Source: Vermamoeba vermiformis (Eukaryota). From it: a stretch of DNA of 63,817 bases. The notes under the pieces were generated by a model. That model did not search any database. It was given only the letters and a program-made list of their open reading frames with translations, and was not told the DNA's origin. Below, in pieces: positions 52,801 through 63,817 of the stretch (position 1 is its first letter; every line of letters starts with the position of its first letter). The position numbers and the translations under genes are program-made. The stretch spans positions 1-63,817 of the forward strand of contig JBEWZL010000258.1 of the NCBI GenBank assembly GCA_045837725.1. The letters run 5' to 3'.

Positions 52801-55800
52801 CGAAGAACTGCTGCCCACATCTGACCACAAGAGCCAGCAAAAGCAATCTAAAAATAGCAAAGTGACTTCGGATTATGAAAATGTGGACGCAGATGGCGAA
52901 GGCAGTGGAGACGAGGATGGTTCATCCAGTGGTCTGGCTCTAAGCGATTTTGATGGTGAAGAATTCGATCTTGAGCCGTTCTTGACGAAAGGAGAAAAGC
53001 GCAAAGCGAAGGCCGAAATGAACCATGGCGTTAAGAGCGATGGCAGTGGCAGTGAAGAGGCTGGTCATGGCAGTGACCTTGATGAAAACAATGACGAGGC
53101 TGATTTGGGATCTGAAGAGGGAGATGGCTACAACATCGAAGACACTATAGAGGCACCTGAAGGCGCTCAAATGGAGGTGGACAATCCCACAGAGTTTGCG
53201 GGGCACACGGGAGGTGAAACTGACGATGCCACGGGCGATAACAGTTATGAAAGCGAAGGCGAGGATGGAGACTATGATTCATTCTCTGAAGACTTGGCGA
53301 ATGAACTTGAGGCAGATTTCACCGAAGAAGAGGTTGCTGGGGCTAAAGAGCGAATCAAAGAAGCCAAAGAAGGCGTATCATCTAACGCGACTGTTTGGGC
53401 CAAGATCGATGCCTTGTGCCAATTCATCGAAGAAGTTGACTACGTGTCAGCAATTCTAAATGATGATACGGCCTTTGCGGCAGCACAAAAGCAGTTGCTA
53501 TTAGCATATACGCACTACAATGCTCAACGCAACGAATGGCTGCAACGCGAGCGCGTACAAAGAAGAGAAGCTCCAAAGGTGAAAGAACTTACGTCTGACA
53601 ACGACAAAACTGAAGAGTCTGAGAAAAGCGATAGGTCCGATGAAGACTCCATGTCGGAGATCCTCGAAGCTGCAGTTAATCTGGTAAGTTTAATTCACCT
53701 AAAACAGTTGAATTCTAATGTTGATCAGATGGATGAAAGTGATGTCGAAGAGCTCGATGACTTCAATGAAGAAGATCTCAGTGACTTCGATGACACATTC
53801 AGCTGTGCTGAGCACGAGCAGGTTGACGATGAAAATCGCAATATTGAGCATGTGGGCAAGATTGTAGGACATCGTACGATGGATGACGCACCAGAAAGGG
53901 GAAAGGCAATCTATCGCCCGTCAGCGTCGAAGTTACACCACAAAAAATACGATCGAGAAGAAGAGCCCGAGGGCGTAGTTTTCAAAGAGAACTATGACGA
54001 GAACCAGCACGAGTTCATGAAGCAAGTCGCTGAACGGGCTTTCTACCAGGCGCAACAAACCGAAGCTACTGACAAGAATAGTATTTCAACTACTATTGTC
54101 AACAAAGAGAAGCTGTTCAAACAGCTAGTCAGTGGTGATGTTCCATCCACTCTGAAAGCCCTGTTAGCTGACGAGCAAGCGCAGTCGTTGGCACAGTTGA
54201 CCAAAGGCAACGCCTCCTTTTCTCGAACGGTGCTTGAACTACTTAGCGATGAAATTTCAGAAGTGAAGCAAATCGAGCTCTTGATCAAGTTTTGGAAGCC
54301 CCTCGCAAAGCTCTTTGTTATCAGCGATGGCCTCTTCCCTCAGCAATTCTCAGAATTTCAGCCGTTCATGAACAAGCTCACCGTGGCGCTCGCATCTACT
54401 GAGTACCAACAATTTGTGCGAATATTGCCTGATTTGGAAGCTCTTGTAGAACAGGCTAGCGTGCTGAAGTTTGATCTCGACAAACAATCTGATGAGAAGA
54501 AGAACATTGTTGAAAAGGACAATCGCGATGTTGCAGAACGAATACTGTGCAAGGGAATGGCCGCCAGCGACGAAGTTGCAACAGTCAATTGCTTGGAGTC
54601 GCCGCTAGATTTCCAGGGCATTCATTACAGCGACGACATTAGTCATATTTTGCCGATTCACGCGTTACAATTGGATAATCCCGATCTCGAGATCATGTTT
54701 TGGCGAGATTTCACCGAGAAGAGATTAGTCACTTACGAACATGATGGCGGAGTAATTGACGACTCCAACGATGACTACGCGCAGATGCCACGAGCAAAAG
54801 AGACTCTGAACTATTTGATCAATGAGCGAGCACCTTTTGTCGTGTGCTTGAATACGCCGGTCAAAACGGAGAGGAAAGAAGCATTGGCCGTCAAACTATT
54901 GGTCTTAAATGTCATGCGCCAATGTCTGATCGAGCAACGAACTGCCTTTGTTTTTGGTTTCACGTCAAAAGACAATCCAAACGACGTTCAAAAGCATACA
55001 TTGACGCCAAGTTTTGACGGCCTATTAGCACTGTTCGAGATTTGCCAAGCAACATTTGACAGAACTGAAGCTTTCCACGAAGTCTATGCTTGGACAACAT
55101 GCGAGCATGCACCTTTGCACAGCGGTGCTTCATACTTGAAGGAAATGGAGAGCAAAGGACAGTCGTTGTTAGCTGAAGTCATCGTCACATCCGACCGCAT
55201 CACTTCGCTGTCTTGGCCGTATGCGCTATTGCCGTCCCATGGAAGGTTGCTAGTTCACTTGCTAGAGCCAAATACCATCAACTACTGCTCAGCTGTCCTC
55301 GAGAATGATACCTTCAATGTGGTGGTGGAGCCTAAAGTATTGGCAGACCTGCCTATCGTTGGGTTTATCGATAGCAAGTCCAAACACGCACAAGGTTTGG
55401 ATCATTACCGCGCCGAAGAATTGGAAGGAAAGGACGTGCACCACGTGTTCTGGGATGGCAGCAAGACCGGCGAAAGTGCATCTGTGTGTCTGGCATTTGA
55501 TCACAAATGCACTTTCGAATTCAACGCGGGCATCAAATTGAATCAGTTCACTGTGAAAGGAGCTTCGCCATTTGTCAGCGCATTGGGCCAGCCGAAGACC
55601 ATTGCCACCGTTGAGAAGTCTCTAGTGGCATTGACGACCTTCGGAAATAGCGACGAAATTTCGATCTCGTCCAACCTCCTCGTACGTCCGACCTCAATGG
55701 TGTCACTGCCAACTGTTAATTTCTGTTGCTCATTGATTCATCACGTGAACTTTGATGAGCTATCAGCGCATCCTATTAACTCGCCAGTTGTTAAAGAGCA

Positions 55801-56233
55801 CATGGAGTTGTGGTTGAAGGCAGACGCAGGTGTCAGCAAACCTGAGTGGCACTGGCAAGATCAATCTGCCAAGCAGCGAGATGTCAATGATATCACAGAG
55901 GATAACAGTCAATTGCCTGCGTTAAAATACAACGAAGCAACGCAACAGAGATACCTGCAGTTTACTTCAAACACTCATTACGCCGTGAATGAGCTACCAG
56001 AGCAGCTAGTAGATGTGTTCGTCGTGCACGAAAAGCAAGGTTTGCCAGTGACACTTGGCCGAGAAGTCGTGCCATTCAACAGCTTGTCGGTATTTCCAAC
56101 GACGAAAGTGAACTGCTTGAACATACGAGGCGCATTTATTAACGTTTACGAAGTACTGGTGCTGCGACAAGGCAGTCCAGCTGAATGTGTTGAAGTCGTG
56201 CTGAAGTATTTGAAAAAGAAGTACAATGTTTAG
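49882..56233 (+). CDS. Giant (~1,900 aa) Tox-GHH nuclease - glycine zipper - acidic linker - ViaA-like VWA protein with LamG-like C-terminus
   Basis: RAWKLEKELV..GTRNW..GKVSGFKGHH..LAGDPRNIVF..EH..H..NFRN; GARVGAVIGGTVG..GAAAGYIGG; GIHYSDDISHILP..FWRDFTEKRLVTYE..PFVVCLNT; splice phases continuous (one GC-AG intron at ~51131). Confidence 0.75.
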
Positions 56234-56255
56234 ATTTATGAAAATAAACTCTGAC

Positions 56256-58953
56256 TTAGCATCTTTTGTTCGTCTTCAAATCGTTATCAGCGATTGGTTG
56301 AAGCTCCAATCGATGAAAGGCGTTGAATTCTGCGGCTTTGGTTGTGAAGAGTTGCGGATCTCGCAAAAGAATGGTTGCAGCTTCACTAGCGAGAGGAGAT
56401 GAAGTCATATTCTTCATAACATCCAAATGATTGTTCTTAGGGTTGATCAAGTGATTCTTCAAATCGATTAAGAACTGCTTAAGCTTTGATGCCAAATCGA
56501 TTCCTTGAGGTGGATCCAAGCAGTAAATAACTCCATCGGCACTAACCTGTGGATGGAAGATAGGAGATAGTACACGTGCCGAGATAATCGAAGTCAAGGG
56601 ATCGATGTGTACGGCGACTTTGTGCCAGTATTGTTGCTGCTTGATGCCTACGAGGAGGTAGTTGCCAATCAACGTCGATTGAGCCGTCACGAAATTTCTC
56701 ACAACAACGTCATTTGGAAGGAATCCTGCTAGTTGAATCCAGCCCTTAGTGCTAAATTGAGATTCGTTAACGAAAATTTTGCCAGTGCTGTCATGCTTCA
56801 CTGGATGCGGAGCTTGAGGAATTCTTGGAACTCTTTGCAATCCGTCGCAGATTCTTTTCATGTCTTCGCACTCTTGTGGCGATATCCAAAAGTGGTTATT
56901 GCAGTTTTGAATGACAGTGTCTATGTGTTCAGGGAAGAGTTGCAGTGTAGTTGACAGGGCTTGCAAAAAGATGTCATAAATGTCATCAATTTGCGTATGA
57001 CGGTTCCACGTTAAATGTTTGAGAATGGCACAGTCTGAAAGACATATGGGTCTGCGTACTTCACTCGTGTGGGCAACCATTTGAATTACTTGACGGATCT
57101 TGATCCAACGACGCGGCGAGACATAGATCTTCTTCTTGTCAAGCTGAGTCATCATATTATGGAGCAAGAAGAATACGGCGTCGTTTAATTCTTTTGTCTG
57201 ACCTTCTTGGCGAATGACCGTTAGAGCTTCAGGAGTGAATAAAAACGCCTCCGGGATCTCGACATTATCTGCAAATAAATGAGTCAGATTAGAGTATGGC
57301 TAATAAAGAGGTATAGTCTTACTTGAAATAACATTTAACGGATTGATCAGGTCCCTAAAACCGGATCCACCCACATCCGGAACAAGAATCGGTCGTACAA
57401 GGCTTGAAGTTCTCCAGTATTTGCAGGATACTCGTTGCTAGCAGCGACGGCGATGAGTAGAGGAATATCGTACCGAGCAGTTCCGTTGTCGAATTTTCTT
57501 TCGTTGAGAATGGTCAGCATGGAGTTCAGAATTGCGCTGTTGGCTTTGAAAATTTCGTCTAAAAATGCAACGCGAGCTTCAGGCAAGTAACCTTTGGTGA
57601 TTCTATGGTGTCGGTCGAGTTTCAGATCCTGGATCGAAAGCGGTCCAAAAAGTTCTTCGGGCAAAGTGAACTTGGTGAGCAATCTCGAGAACATTTTTTC
57701 GTTTCGTGAAATCAGAGAAGTGATTCGTGAACAAAGTTGACTTTTGGCGACGCCAGGTGGACCCAACAAAAGACTATGTTCTCCGCATAACAAACTTAGA
57801 AGCATTAGTGAGCAGTGTTGTTCTCGTTCAACCAGGCCAGCTCTAAATTTGTTCAATATGAACTTCAAATTTCCAATAATGTTACTCGCGCGTTCGTTAG
57901 GCGAAGAGGAATTGGGGACGAGTGTCGCGGGGGAGTTAGTTGCGTTGACCAATCGTTGACCAGAGTTTGCGAGGCTTCCTGGCGAGTCCTTGGTTTTCTT
58001 CTCATTGGTCACTGGGTTCGTGCTATTGGTTGAAACGTTCGTGTTGTTTGGCGGATCCTGATCCTGATCTTGATCCGACTGAGTTGCCTTTGCTTGTGCT
58101 CGTTGAAGCGCTAAAAACTTTTGCTGAATCTTGACGAGGATTTTCCGTTGACCAATGGTGAAGTTCATTTCGGCGAAGTCTTTCTCCGTCAGCCGTACGA
58201 ACGACCAACCGGATGTGATACTGTTATCCGCTAGTGTTTGCAACCATTTGAAGACGTCTTCTTTAGATATTGATCCGTCCTTAACAAGCTTCGACGAGAA
58301 GTGCGAAAAATACTTTTTGAAGAGCACGTCTTGGGAGGGGCTTTTGTTTTGTTTGAGCGAGCTTTTTTGCTTATCTGGGGCAGAAGAGGACTTCGGTTTA
58401 CGATCACGAGCATAGACGAGAATATAAACGTCTGTTTCATACTCGTCAAAGTCGATAAAGGATTCGTCAACAGCAATGATTTGAAAACCTTCTTGATCTC
58501 TGTGACACTATAGGGATAAAATAAATATAAAGGCAAAGAGGCTATTTTTCATCGATTTACTTACCACTAGGCACGAAAGAACGAATTTTTGGGTTTGCTT
58601 TTGCGAATCCAAAAGCGATAAATTAATTTCAAACGCTGTAACGTTTCGTTGTTTCTGACCGCGAGGAAATCTGTCGACATGAACTACAAGAATATCCACC
58701 GTGCTATCTAAAGCCCTAAATACAATCAAAGAATTAAAAACGTATTCTTTTGGTTGCGGATTTACGCCTGTACTAACCCTAATTTCTCGTTAATCGCTGT
58801 AGTAATTTGATATTCTTTATTTTTATCCAAATTGACTTTGACATTTCGGATTTTATCAGAGTCGCCCGCTAAAGAATGAACAGATTGCAAGGGATCAACT
58901 TTCTGAGCGACGTTTTCCTGCAACTTCGAGATTAATGTTGTTGCTAATGACAT
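56256..58953 (-). CDS. ravA: RavA-like MoxR AAA+ ATPase with N-terminal SAM-like and C-terminal UBC/E2-like domains; apparent frameshift at ~57357
   Basis: LVERE..GEHSLLLGPPGVAKS, LLTKFTLPEELFGPLS, GYLP..FLDEIFKANSAILNSML.ILNER, ASNE, ALYDRF, SPRRW; IFHPQVSADGVIYCLD..PLASEAA. Confidence 0.85.
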
Positions 58954-59085
58954 GATTAAGCAATAGAATAATACTACAAATCAAAAGGGACTTCTCTTTC
59001 CTAAAAATTGGCGTTTTTCGTCCACAAAAACAAATTCAATTCTTTCTTCGCATTCAACACTTTTTACTGCTTGAGAGCCCACACA

Positions 59086-59295
59086 ATGGAAAAGGAAGAT
59101 AAAAAAGGCTCCAAAAAGCCAAAGAAAACCATCCTGGAAAGGGTCCAAAATTGGTTCTTTGGCGAATCTATTGATTTTCCAGCTTTCATTCGCCAAGTAG
59201 ATTCTCTTTTGGCCAAAAATGATGTAGAACCCCAAGAAGTATTAGACACGTTCAAAGAATACGACGACAAAAACAAGCAGGGAAAGTTGTATTAA
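59086..59295 (+). CDS. 5' portion of a gene (EF-hand-like), probably interrupted by the downstream transposon
   Basis: MEKEDKK..EVLDTFKEYDDKNKQGK ends just before the putative element end. Confidence 0.35.
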   Translation: MEKEDKKGSKKPKKTILERVQNWFFGESIDFPAFIRQVDSLLAKNDVEPQEVLDTFKEYDDKNKQGKLY

Positions 59296-59333
59296 ATAAA
59301 TTGAGAGGTATCTCATTTTTTATTTGTTTGACT

Positions 59334-61671
59334 TCAATCGTCATATCGCTTGTTTGGTTTTTTGTTTCGCTTTGTTCTTCCATAGTCAGTTGTGTTTATA
59401 TTTCGGTATTCACGTGCAATCCACTCAGTACTTGTCACTGGCTGTATCAACACTGGGGCATCATAGTCATTTTCATCTAATTCATCTTCATCTGGATAAG
59501 TCTCTGGTATGACAGCATCAACATCAGGGTGCACTGCCTCGTGCACCACTTTCACTGAGGTTGTGGACTGGTCATGGTGACGCTGCTGTGGTGGCAAGAA
59601 CATCAATTCATAATTTGTTGTTGGGCTGTCAAACTCAATATCTAGTAGATCAATTGCAGTTGTGTCGTCTTCTGCAGGCTGATCGGCATTGAATAATTCT
59701 TCAAAGTATTGTTGCTGTTCCTCAGATAGTTTGTCGTAAGTTTTTCTGGTCGCTTCAATCACTTTGTCGTCAATTGGCTTTGGTTCAATCTTGATTGGTT
59801 TGTCCGCTGGAATATTGTGAAGGATAACAATATCGTCACCATCTGCACCCCCTTTCCACTCCTCATCTGTTGCCGTGTAATTGCGCCAATGCATTACAAC
59901 GCTTCCTTGTGCATTGACAGTGAATCGAAAAACATGGGGCTTTGTGTGCCCAGTGAGCTTTGGTAGATATGGGGCAAGCCAGCCACGATAATCATAGATA
60001 GTTTTTACCAATCGCACTTCTGGCGGCGAATTGTAGCAACTCTTAATGTACTCTTTGACATCTTCATCGTCGCCCGTAAGGAGATTATGTGACTTGAGTC
60101 CAATAGCCACTGGCACGTTCTCTTGGTCAATGTCTGTATGAGTGTGTCCTTGAGGAAGGCAAATGAAATAGATGGTATTGGTAAACTTTTTGAGCAGCAA
60201 AACCGCAAAAAAGCCAAAAACGTAGGTATTTTTGTTCTCTCGCCAGCAGTTGTCGCTTTGAAATACCATTGTTGGTGGCAGAGCCTGACCATCTCTGATT
60301 TGCGAAACTATGTGAATGGCTAGTAGATTGATGCTGTAATTGCTGTCGTGACTATACTGTTGTGCAATTGAGACAAACAGAGTACGTCGCTTGGTGTTGT
60401 GGTTGATAAGTCCGGATATTTGCAATCGCAAACGTGCAAGACGGAGCCAAGATTTTGGGAACTGAGACCAGGCAATGTGCGGAATCAAAATCCCTGAATA
60501 GCCATCCCATATCATTTGCCAAATCAAAAAGCTAGCGATTAGCTTTCGGTTAGAATATGTCAGCCGTTCTAACTTTTGCAATGCGTTGTGCTTTGCCACT
60601 TGCTTTTGAACGTTGGTAACTTGAGTTTGGGACACTGCAGCAGCTTGTTGCAACTTCCTACGCAAGATTAGCTTCACTGTGAGTATGGAAGAAACTTACA
60701 TTCTGAGCTCCACACATTCGTCACATTTGCCCAACCGCGTAGTCTTTGGGAATTTGATCCATGCGTACTGAGAAATTGTCGTATAGAAAGTACTCAGCGA
60801 TGCTATGCGATGCGTTTCCTCAAATTCTGAAGCATATTGAGCGTAAAGAAGCTTTTTGTTAAGCGCAATAGGGCAGTGCCATTGATCACTATCAGGTTGT
60901 TCATCGAAAAATATGGACATCAAGCTGAGCACAAAACTTTGCACCGACTGTAATTGAGCTGATGAATACAATCTGAGGGCATTACCATGTGGAATGACAG
61001 AGCAACTAGACTCTTGTTTGATTTGTTGTAGCAGAGGTGCAAGCTTGTTTGTACTGATTCCAAGCAGTTTGATGAAAGCGCGTTGACAGACTTCAAGACC
61101 GTCAAGCTTGTAACAAATCGTCGGAGGCTTGTCACTTCCTTGATCAACTTTCATCGCATTAAGGGAATCAAGTAGCCATCTTGACCTGCCATCGTGTCAG
61201 GCATTTAGCAGAAACATGAGGTACGTACCTTTCGCGCTCAGATTTCTCAGAGTATGGCAGTCGTAAGCGTTCAATCTTCTGGACATTAAATTGCCTCATA
61301 CACAGTTGTTTGCAGCACTTGTATTGCAACAGCTTTTCATTGAAATTACATAGCTTAAGCTGCTTTCGTGATGGTGACGCGACGCGCAACTTTCGAGTCT
61401 CGGATTTGTAAGTGCGTTTTGGGGAGGGGTCATAGATTGAGGATACTCGTCTATTAATATCTATTATGTGTAAGCAATGCAGCTAATTGTAGAACGATAC
61501 GTACCGTCAAAAATTTTATTGCTATCAACCTCGTAAATCCACGACCGCCGATCATCGCTCGTGCTTGTTGTCTCATCTTCATCTACATATATTAATGAAA
61601 TGCAGATAGATATAAATGCCCATACCCTTATTGAAGACTTTTGTTGTGTCAAAATCGCAGATCCAGTCCAT
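59334..61671 (-). CDS. DDD-type transposase (Sola-like), multi-exon, apparently intact
   Basis: CCKQLC, VCQRAFIKLLGIS, KCDEC, IWDG, QSDNCWRENKN, GHTHTDIDQ, HVFRF. Confidence 0.75.
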
Positions 61672-62425
61672 TCGACAATTATTAAATTAATTATTGCGTT
61701 ATCGGCACGTGACGGCTTCAGCAATTTATCTACAATGATGGGTGTTATTGCACATATTATTACTGTTACTATTGTAATTATTCATAATACAATCACTCGA
61801 TTAAATAGCCAAACACATCTGGTCGCTTGGATTTAAAAAAAAATTAACCAAACTGATTACCTTCAAAGTGAGATAGCTGCGACCCTATATAGTGCCTATT
61901 GTGGTGCTTATATCATGTTATATATTGTAAATACGATAAAATTCGAGTTGGTTTTCTCAGGGTCTGAAACTCTGTTTTTAGTTTATTTTATTTTTGTTAT
62001 TGAACACCACACATGTCGGCAGCCACTCTGGACCCTGTTCTTATACGAATTTATCAAGGGGAGTCTATTGATAATATTACATTGCAAGTACGAGATATTG
62101 TCCCGCCATCCACTCCCGGATCGAAGCTCAAACATTATTGGTAAATATTATTAATTAACTACGAGATAATTATATCTATTGTTCTCATTCATAAATCAAC
62201 CTTGTAAATAATATTTAATAATTATTACTGGTAATTAATTTATTGCAACGTATGAAAATTAAATCTCCGTTATTGGCGGGTCGTTACGTAAATTACTTCA
62301 CTACTTCGACACTTGATAATTTGCATTTGTTTACTGCTTTCATTTATTATTTTAACTGATGATTCATAGTTTGTTATTATCTGACGCGCATGTGATGATA
62401 CCGTGCATTTTGCACGAGTCGCTGA

Positions 62426-63759
62426 ATGACAAGATTGCAAATGGTGCAATCAAAACGGGATCAATACTACGTCTTTCGAAATGGAGCTGGCATAACCATA
62501 ATGATCGGTACGCCCCTCAGCATCAATTTACATGATCTAACTACTTGCAATAGTCGTGTGCTCTCTGTCGTTGCATCGGGGCTTACCGTTACTGGGCACA
62601 TGAAGCAGATCAATTTTAGTGCTGTGCGTGACATCTATGAAGCAGTGAATGATTTTGAAGGTGAGTGTTATCGATGCCACGCTGTTCTTATAAATTGCTA
62701 GATGACGGACTTGACATGCCCACACCTACACACGCTACACAAGCCACTGAACGTGAAGCCGATGAAAGAACTCTGCGTAGGTGACCAACTGTACACAGCA
62801 TAATTGTCTTGATTGCTGATCATAATTTAGAATTGTGGATAGACAAAGGCATGAAGCTCATTGATGAAGGCATCGATCACAAATTTTACGACCACGATCA
62901 AGGACTGCAAATCAAGTACAAGAGTCGCTTATACGTTGAATTTGATGCTCTCATCTACAAAGAGGCGTTCCACGAGAAGGGCGATGATTGCTTTGCAAAG
63001 AAATACGGTGTGTGTACAATTGCCGCATGTTTAAAGGCAAAATCCACCTCAAAACCGTTAATCGCCCTGCATATCAACAGTGATGGTGAAGATCATTTTG
63101 CTTTGGTTCAACCAGGATCAGTAACCAATAATGGGTATAAAAACAACGACGATGAGCCTATGCACATTGAACAATTGTGGAGAGAGCACGTGACCAACAA
63201 CGGAACTACTGCACGCCCAAAGAAACAAAGACCAGCCAGTGATGACTCGGAACTGCCATCAAAAAGCACTCGATCTCGTACACGCGAGGACTCTGATAGT
63301 GAAGATGACCGCGCCCGTAAGCGTCATAAATCAGACAACAATCTGTCGAATCAGGTCTCACCACAGCTCACCGAATTGCTTGCTGATGTTGCAAGCATTG
63401 GACAGAATATCTCTGCTTTATCAGCAACCATCAGTTCACAGCATGATAAAACATCTCGTCAGCTCGTACTCTTGAACAACACAACCAACGCAAAGCATAC
63501 TGCCATCGAAGAACGATTGAAGTCTTTGTCTGACGAGATAAAGGCAGTCAATAGTTCAATCAAGACATTGGATGAAGTTGTGCAACGCATATTGTCGCAC
63601 GTGAAAGCTGACGCGAAAGAGAAGGAAAAGGTTGTTGTCGTACAAGCACCAATACCTCAGATGCGCCAAGAGCCTCACTATGTTGTGCCACCAAACTACT
63701 ACTCGGGAACACCCTCATACAATGGCCCATACAATAGTCCTTCATCACGTTTTTTCTAA
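62426..63759 (+). CDS. Transposon-associated hypothetical protein with C-terminal coiled coil
   Basis: Multi-exon; long terminal ORF with heptad-rich LSATIS..IEERLKSLSDEIKAV. Confidence 0.6.
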
Positions 63760-63817
63760 GACGATTTGTCATAGCAAATTTCAATAAAACGAGAGATATC
63801 TCATTTTATCTAATTTA

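Larger units (their letters stand above)
59303..63807. mobile_element. Two-gene DNA transposon (Sola-like DDD transposase + coiled-coil gene)
   Basis: Transposase plus a divergent second gene; related end motifs gagaggtatctcatttt (59303) and gagagatatctcatttt (63791). Confidence 0.55.

Noticed and set aside
51048-55541. Antisense and alternate-frame ORFs over the giant gene
   Set aside because: Shadow ORFs of an acidic low-complexity coding strand.
57356-57375. 20-nt intron that would repair the ravA frame
   Set aside because: Much shorter than other introns here, has no branch site, and would delete the conserved-looking WVDPV.
49882-58953. Bacterial contamination as the source of the ravA/viaA-like genes
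   Set aside because: Both genes have spliceosomal introns like their neighbours and carry eukaryotic-type domains.
1-63817. tRNA or rRNA genes
   Set aside because: None recognised by eye; tRNAscan-SE or Infernal would be needed to exclude them.

Overview
Eukaryotic protist-like DNA with many short (about 45-60 nt) GT-AG introns. A Shk-type kinase-SH2 gene suggests an amoebozoan (inference). The window has three zones. (1) 1-~21,490 is a repeat-rich, partly decayed region that looks like two related 9-12 kb units placed head to tail. Each unit has a divergent Fpg/Nei (H2TH)-like gene, an H3-like histone-fold gene and a paralogous 'GYWF' gene, carries arrays of short palindromes, and ends in a CCCTAA..TATATAAT motif. 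Unit A also has a GATA-finger/SET gene. No integrase was seen. (2) ~21,600-59,300 holds dense host genes: a secreted glycoside hydrolase, Shk-like kinase, NTP-transferase/HAD fusion, a NEIL1-WGR-UNG double-glycosylase fusion, an SH2/ankyrin/kelch protein, an apparently dead alpha/beta-hydrolase, GH16, a PA-domain multi-TM protein, a RING E3 and an mRNA guanylyltransferase. It also holds a convergent, intron-containing RavA-like MoxR AAA+ / ViaA-like VWA gene pair: the VWA partner has an N-terminal Tox-GHH nuclease and glycine zipper, and the ATPase has SAM-like and E2 (UBC)-like domains. (3) ~59,300-63,810 is a two-gene DDD-type (Sola-like) DNA transposon. All domain calls come from motif recognition by eye and exon joins were inferred manually; no searches were run.
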